From Eledone cirrhosa (taxonomy: Eukaryota): a stretch of DNA of 64,000 nt. The translations under genes and the position numbers were made by a program. The stretch covers positions 62,001-126,000 of the forward strand of contig CAXHJY010001108.1 in NCBI GenBank assembly GCA_964016885.1. Reading direction: 5' to 3'. The first letter of the stretch is position 1. Each line of letters opens with the position of its first letter. Positions 57,277 through 64,000 of the stretch are shown here, piece after piece. The notes beneath the pieces were generated by a model. The model worked only from the letters and a program-made list of their open reading frames with translations, was not told the DNA's origin and ran no database searches.

Positions 57277-59779
57277 ACGACTCTTTTCCTACTATATCAA
57301 GCGTAAAAGTAATAATATATTTGCTCTTTGTACTGTGTCGTTTGCATTGTTATTTCTGTTTGTTTTTTGATACACACTGATATATATAGTTTCCATTATA
57401 TTATGAGCGTGTGTTTGGATGGTGCTAAGTCACTTTGGGTGCAGTGGAATCTGTACAAATTACGTCACCTTGCTGCCTAGGTACAAAAGAATGTTTTCTT
57501 TCAGTAACGAAAAGCACTGCCTCCCCACCCCACACTTAATACCTAGAAATACAAAGTAATAAAAAAAAAATCGAAGATATAACAATGCATTCCAATGAAA
57601 GTACCCCTCCATCCCCTCATTTCTCCAAACTGAAAGAAAAACGAAAACAATCCTATGTTCACTCTCTGTACACGGGATGCATTCTAACACCAAGTTACCT
57701 TCTGTTCAAGTTTAATCCACTTTAAATCCATTTGAGCTTGATGCTTAGAAAAAAAAAGCAATGGAGGTGGGGATGAATGGCTTTAAAATTTCACTTGTGT
57801 TTATTGTTTTTGTAGTTATGCATCTGAGGTAAGCTGGTAGGACCCTTTTCTTGTCGTATGTTTGGTCATCCTCGTTTTTCTGTTTAAATTTTATTATATT
57901 GTTATATAATTTGTTTCTATATTTGTTTTCATTTTGTTCTCTTCTTGCATGGAATATCCTGGTAACGAATGTGTAAATAATTACGGGTGACTTCGGACAA
58001 GAGTGAATAGATCCGAACTTGAATACATAGAAGCGACTAAGAATGGATAGAAATGACTAGGAATAGGGAAAAGAGAAACGAATGACAAAGATTGAAGACG
58101 AAAAGAGATATCCTGTGAAGGAAAATTCCATGGATTTCTAGCACTGCTGTTATAAAATCTCTATTTCACAGAAAATAACAATACACCATAATCCTTGTCC
58201 AGTGGGAAAACATATCTGTCAACTACTAAAACCCCAAAGACCAGGATCAGTTTCAGTACTCAGCATCTACTATGCAAGAACGCAGAAAACAACACATGTT
58301 GAAAGTATATATGTTCAATCAAAACCCTGTCACTTACCAAAATTCCACGTCAATTCCGCCTCATTAATAATACTCAGGATATTCCTTAGTCTAGATATGT
58401 GTTAACTGAATTACTAGAAATATACGAAAGTCAATCAGTAACACATGCAACCAAACAGAGGTAAAATAGCTTAAGTATTGCAATATACTGTATGTAATGT
58501 AAAGCATTATAATCTAATGTGAAGTGTCACTGATTCTATTTCTAATCAAGTTAACCCTAGTAAGGAAGTACAAATATCAGAATAAAATTTTAGTCGTATA
58601 GAATCATTTTTCAACATCCGCACAGTAAAGAAATTGAAACCCCCACAATTTCTGGTTCAATGAAATGTCATGGCTAAGTCAGCTATTAATAAGCTATTAA
58701 TATGAGATTACAGCAATATGTAGAAAGGAAAATAAGTGATAAATCCTGGCGATGAAGTTTCGATTCCCATTTAAAACCATTTCATATCACGTTCGCTATA
58801 AATATATCTTGGAAATACATAGATTTCGCATCATCCACTTTCTATCCCTTAAAACATTTTTCTAACGAATAAATTATATAAAAAATGACATACTATATAT
58901 TTTATCAAGCCGTACCATGACCAAATGGTGAAGGAGATCACCACGCAATCATTATGTCTCGTGGCATCTTCCAAGGTCAACTTTGCCTTTCATCCATTCG
59001 AGGTCGATAAAAAAAAGTAGCAGTCAAGTACTGGGGGGTCGATTCTTCCACTATATCTCTTTCTCACTTTCTCTCTTTTCCTCTCTTTTAAAATTGCCCT
59101 AGAAAAGCTATATGTCAATACAGCGCCCCTATGATTCCCTAGGGAGTTACAGGACTAACACATCCCATCACACCACACGTGGCATCTTAAGCAAGTGTCA
59201 TTCATCATAGCCCCAGGTTGAAGGGTTCGAACTATGTTGGATGCGGTGCATTAGTTTCTCTATCTCATCTGTGCTTATGTGGTTCGGTAGATGGGGAGAT
59301 GTAAAGTGTAAGTCAATTTATACATAACCGCTTCTTTCTTGACTCTTGAACATTCGCTTAGACTTTTCGCGGTGACAACTAAAAGCAAAACAAACAAAAT
59401 ACAAAAATAAAAATCGGAAATTATTTCTATTTCATGTTCATAAAGATTGAATGATGCCTACTGGATGATCTAATGTGTCATCATATCAGTTCAGGACACC
59501 AATGCTAAGGATCTATTGGCAAATACTGAGGAAGATAGCAAAATAGTTTAGCGCTAAAAATCGACATACAAAATATTTTAAGATCAACAACAGTTACATG
59601 ATTGGAGATAAAAACTTTTGAATTCTTATGAGACTATCGATCTATTTTCTTTATTTTTTTTCTTAGTATTAAAAAAGGTTCGTAGTCGATATGTGCAAGA
59701 AAATGAATATACACTCCTTCGTTATTGTTATTGGGCTTTATATATAGTTTAAAAGTCTAAAGTCTGTCTTAAACCAGAA

Positions 59780-59985
59780 GGTTCGTTAGCCCGGTGCTTA
59801 TCCCGGTTTCATGGCGTGAAGCGACTGCGAGTACAAGACTTCCCCCAAAACGCCAGTCCATCGTAGGGCTAAACCCCTAGCTATTGCTGGTACTCATTTT
59901 CAGCTGAGTCTACTGGAGCAACGTGGAATGAAGTGTTTTGCTCAATAATACAATACACAACCCAGCCCAGGAATCGAACGCATGA
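59780..59985 (-). mobile_element. tRNA-derived SINE (second family)
   Basis: GCTGGTACTCATTTTCAGCTGAG..ACTGGAGCAAC..AAGTGTTTTGCTCAA..GGAATCGAAC. Confidence 0.75.
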
Positions 59986-60269
59986 CAAGAGGAGGCAACG
60001 CGCCTTCTCTTATATATTATGAGATATGTAGGAAAAGACCGATATATATTTAAAAATAATAAATGAGTAAAACTGTCCCATTGAGTTACAAATAGAAATT
60101 GTTTTATGAGAAGTAATCATATTAACATATTAAATGGTCCGAACGGTATAAGCCATATTAAGTAATAATGTTAATAATAATAATAATGTATGCTGTGTGA
60201 TGCTGCTTTCAATCTTTCGGCTCTTACCCCGGATATATTTGATCTGTAAGATTAATAAATGGTGTCTGA

Positions 60270-60409
60270 TTTAGGCACAAAGGGAGAGTCAATTAAATCG
60301 ACACCAATGCATTACTGGTACTTTATTTTATCGACTTCGTAAGGATGAAAGGTAAAGCTAACCTCGGCGGGATTTGAATTCAGAACGTAAAGAGACGTAA
60401 CTCTATGCT
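60270..60409 (-). mobile_element. Octopus-type SINE
   Basis: Reverse complement of the body. Confidence 0.78.
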
Positions 60410-61306
60410 GTCTAGTGAAAACTAAGAGGACATTTCCATTTATAAATGAGCCCCACTATTTTGAAATTCATATTCGAAAGCCTTAGCCACATGAGCTTTT
60501 TTTAACTATATATAGTGAGATTGTCAAAGAATTCGCTTCGTAGGTACACGATTTCGGATTCAGTCGCAATGGGAGGCATTTAGGCAAGTGTCTTCGGGTT
60601 GACCGATGTCTTCTGAGTGAAATTTCGTAGACGTAAACTGTAGAAACCATTCGCGTGTGAGTATGTACATATGCATGCATGTGTTTATGGCCCATAAAAT
60701 TAACGGTTCGATAAAAACAAACAGATTGATAAAATAAGTACAGGGCTTTTAAAGAAAAGTACTGCTTTAGATATGATTGACCAAAACCTACTGAAGGGCC
60801 TACCACAGAATGGCCGCAGTAAAATGAATGAAACCGATAAAAGAAGAAAAATGTATTTTTTAATCTTTATATAAAATTGTTTATATTTTCTTCAGTGATG
60901 AATCGCCAGTAATTGTTGTCTCCAAATAATTAAACTCCTTAACGTTTGATTCCGGTTTAGAATAAAAAGGATCGATAACAAAAATAAGGAAAAGTGGAAG
61001 AAAATGGGGATTTAGTCGGTTAAATCGGCACCCGTACTTATTTTCCAAGTCTTGTACTTATTTTATCGATCTTTTTTTGTCAAACCACAAAGTTACGAGA
61101 CATGAATATAGACATAAACACACACACACACACACACACACTATTATCAGACTCTTCTATAAAGACGTAAGATAAGAGAAAAAAGTCGGCATTACTGCTA
61201 ACAGCCAGCGTGAGCCTCACTCTCTTTACCGTTCTATCTTAAACTCACAGTCTATTACAATTCCCTTTTCAGCCGGACCGACAATTTACACGACAGAAAC
61301 ATCATA

Positions 61307-61485
61307 TTTCTACTTTTTGGCACAAGGCCAGCAATTACCCAGTGCATTACTGGTACTTTATTTTATCGACCCCGTAAGGATGATAGGCAAATTTAACCTC
61401 GGCGGGATTCGAACTCAGAATGGCAAGGGCCGTAACACTATGCGTCAAAGCATAGCGTCCGATCGTCTACCTATACTGCCAATCC
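61307..61485 (-). mobile_element. Octopus-type SINE (partial copy also at 61619-61691)
   Basis: Reverse complement of head and body. Confidence 0.85.
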
Positions 61486-62215
61486 ATCAGATTTAATATA
61501 ATACGCAGATAGTTTGATTGCCATATATAAATTATATATAAATGTCTGTGTGTGTGTGTGACTGTCTAGAATACATACACACATAAGTACTCCCATTCAC
61601 ACACATACAAATAATGAATAATTGTTTCTACTTTTGGCACGAGGCCAGCAATAATAACAGTGCATTACTGGTATTTTATTTTATCGACCCCATACAAATA
61701 ATAATTAATAAAAGGTGAAGATAGATGTGTTGAATTTAACTACTTGCTGTGACGCATTGTAAACAATAAAACAAAAAGAAGTAGGGATAGGAGACACAAA
61801 CAAAGCAACAAATATATACATACATCTATTATATGCCCACCTTCTTTATTAACTCCTACTTATATAGGGAGAAAAACGTGTGTCCTTTATTAGGAATTTC
61901 GTGTATGACTACACTTCAATATATGTGATAAATTTGTTCTTTTGGTTGTCAGTTCAAGCGAAAAAGCCGAGAATAAATTTCTATCTCTACCTAAATGAGT
62001 TATTGTTTGAATGTTTTGAATCCTTTTCTATTTTAAACAGTTTCTAATATTTATGTATTCATATGTACCTACACACGCACATATATATAAACGTATAAAT
62101 ATACACATATATATGTAGAGGTAGAAAACTGGAAGGTAATATCCGTAGTGGTAGAGCATTCAGTCCATGGGACGAGTTAGGTAGAAGTGGTAACACAACA
62201 GTTAGTTCACCATAC

Positions 62216-62253
62216 CGAAAACAATTGTTTCACCTTAGCGGATCTTCAGCTCG
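62216..62253 (-). ncRNA. Minimal hammerhead inside a short inverted repeat (62191-62273)
   Basis: CGAG-CTGAAGA-tCC gctaa GGt-GAAAC AATT GTT-TTCG. Confidence 0.68.
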
Positions 62254-63339
62254 TACAACTAACTGTTGTGTTACGATTTCTATATATATCATATCTTATT
62301 TTGTTTCCTCCGCTTAGCTTGCTCGCGTTTTTGGCTTAGGTGGTTAATGGCTTCTTAACAATCGTCTCAGTTGTGTATGGCCTTTTAAACTTATGTTTAT
62401 AGCTCTGGTATCTTCATATCCATTGAGCGGTCGCCAACACAATTCGGAAGTTGCGTTTCGCTAATTTCTACTCGCCGAAATGCGATTCTCGCTAAATTTA
62501 TACTTGTATTAATCTCCCAAGTCTAGCAATTAACCAGTTAATTTTTTTGCTTTTTAGTTAATTCTATTGACTGATTAATCGCTTAAGTTTATTTTAAAAA
62601 CAACTCGGTCGAGAGCTTAATTCATTTTGTGCTATATTTGCAAATTTTTGCAATGACTACACATACTGAATTCATTTGCCAAAACTAGGGGTTTTCTCCC
62701 CTTTGGAATTTACATGTGCTTTCGAACACTGTGAGATCCTGGCGCACGCAGGACAAAATGCCTGTTGAGAAAGTGATATCCTTGTTCGATCATTATACCA
62801 AAAGCTTATTATTCTTTATAAGCAGACAGTATTATTGATTTAGGTGTCGCAGAAACCCTATACAAATAAGCTGGATAAACATACGACAAACACATAAAAC
62901 AAATGGCCAGCCACTTATTTATCGCCACAATTCAACCTTTCACATTTAAAAACAATATATGATACTTGTACCGTTTTTTTGTTTTAATTTAGCGACTGTT
63001 AACATAATGGCTTAAAATTAATATTACACGAACCACACAGAGGTATAGAAACGATCTCTTCAACATTGTCCGAGCTTCCCTTGATGATTGTCCGAAATGG
63101 TTTTGGACTAATAAGTATTTCCAATGTAACAGTATCACTGATTCTTGTTTTTCTTCCTTTTCTCCGCTCAAACCCACAAAACATTAGCCATTATAAGGTT
63201 ATAGTTAATGACACATGCTCGTGGTTTCAAGCAGTGACACTGGACCTGAAACGACATATTTGAAAAGCGAACTCCTTAACCACACAGTCATATCTGCCGA
63301 CGCATACAGACGTATGTATATATACACACACAACCACCC

Positions 63340-63532
<193 letters not shown>

Positions 63533-64000
63533 CACATAGTTTCCATGTTTTGACATTTTTATACAACGAATTCCGCTTTTCTCCTCCGTTCCTTTTCTTT
63601 CTTTATTTCTATGTGACTACGAATGTAAATATCATTTGCGATCATGTAAGGGTAAAAAAAGGAAAACCGCGAGAAGAACGGAGATACATTTGGTATGTGT
63701 TTATTTATATGACAATCTCTGTTTCTCGTTAGGTTTGTACATATATGGTTCCGTGGACAAACGTAGAAATACAAACAGAGAAAAACAAAATGTAAGAAAT
63801 TAACAAAAATGAAAAATATATATAAATAAAAGGTAAATTAATTAAAATAATGTAAGTTAAATGTCAGAGAGATTTACACACGTGTCACAATTTAGCGAAC
63901 TAAAGCGAAATGATATCTCAATAAATGTTATGACTTAAGTTAAAGTAAAAATATAAATATATATATAATATACTGCATTTTAATATCCATGGGAACAAAA

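Noticed and set aside
27753-61485. tRNA genes suggested by A/B boxes
   Set aside because: No cloverleaf; each continues into a shared SINE body

Overview
AT-rich, repeat-saturated animal (eukaryotic) DNA with no recognisable host exon. The dominant SINE family resembles the abundant tRNA-derived SINEs of Octopus, so a coleoid cephalopod is inferred, not proven. Most long ORFs in the track are artefacts of kb-long (TA)n/(CA)n tracts. Real coding remnants are all from retroelements: a near-complete but disabled CR1/L2-group LINE (6855-11078), an internally deleted Tx1/L1-group LINE inside a (GATA)n tract (21048-23198), a Penelope-like (PLE) GIY-YIG endonuclease fragment missed by the ORF track (2220-2720), and CRE, R4/Dong and RTE 3' fragments. 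There is also a non-autonomous Helitron and a hAT MITE. The main hidden signal is RNA-level. About 20 intact or decayed minimal type I hammerhead ribozymes (CUGANGA-stem II-GAAA-palindromic stem III-NUH) from roughly 8 sequence families lie in short non-coding units beside (TA)n tracts, often as head-to-head fold-backs. They include an ORF-less 416-nt tandem array (retrozyme-like), a family with a compensatory U3-A8 core, and one with a ~105-nt stem II. A candidate HDV-like ribozyme heads an RTE-5'-like repeat. All structures were folded by eye; none was computed or tested.
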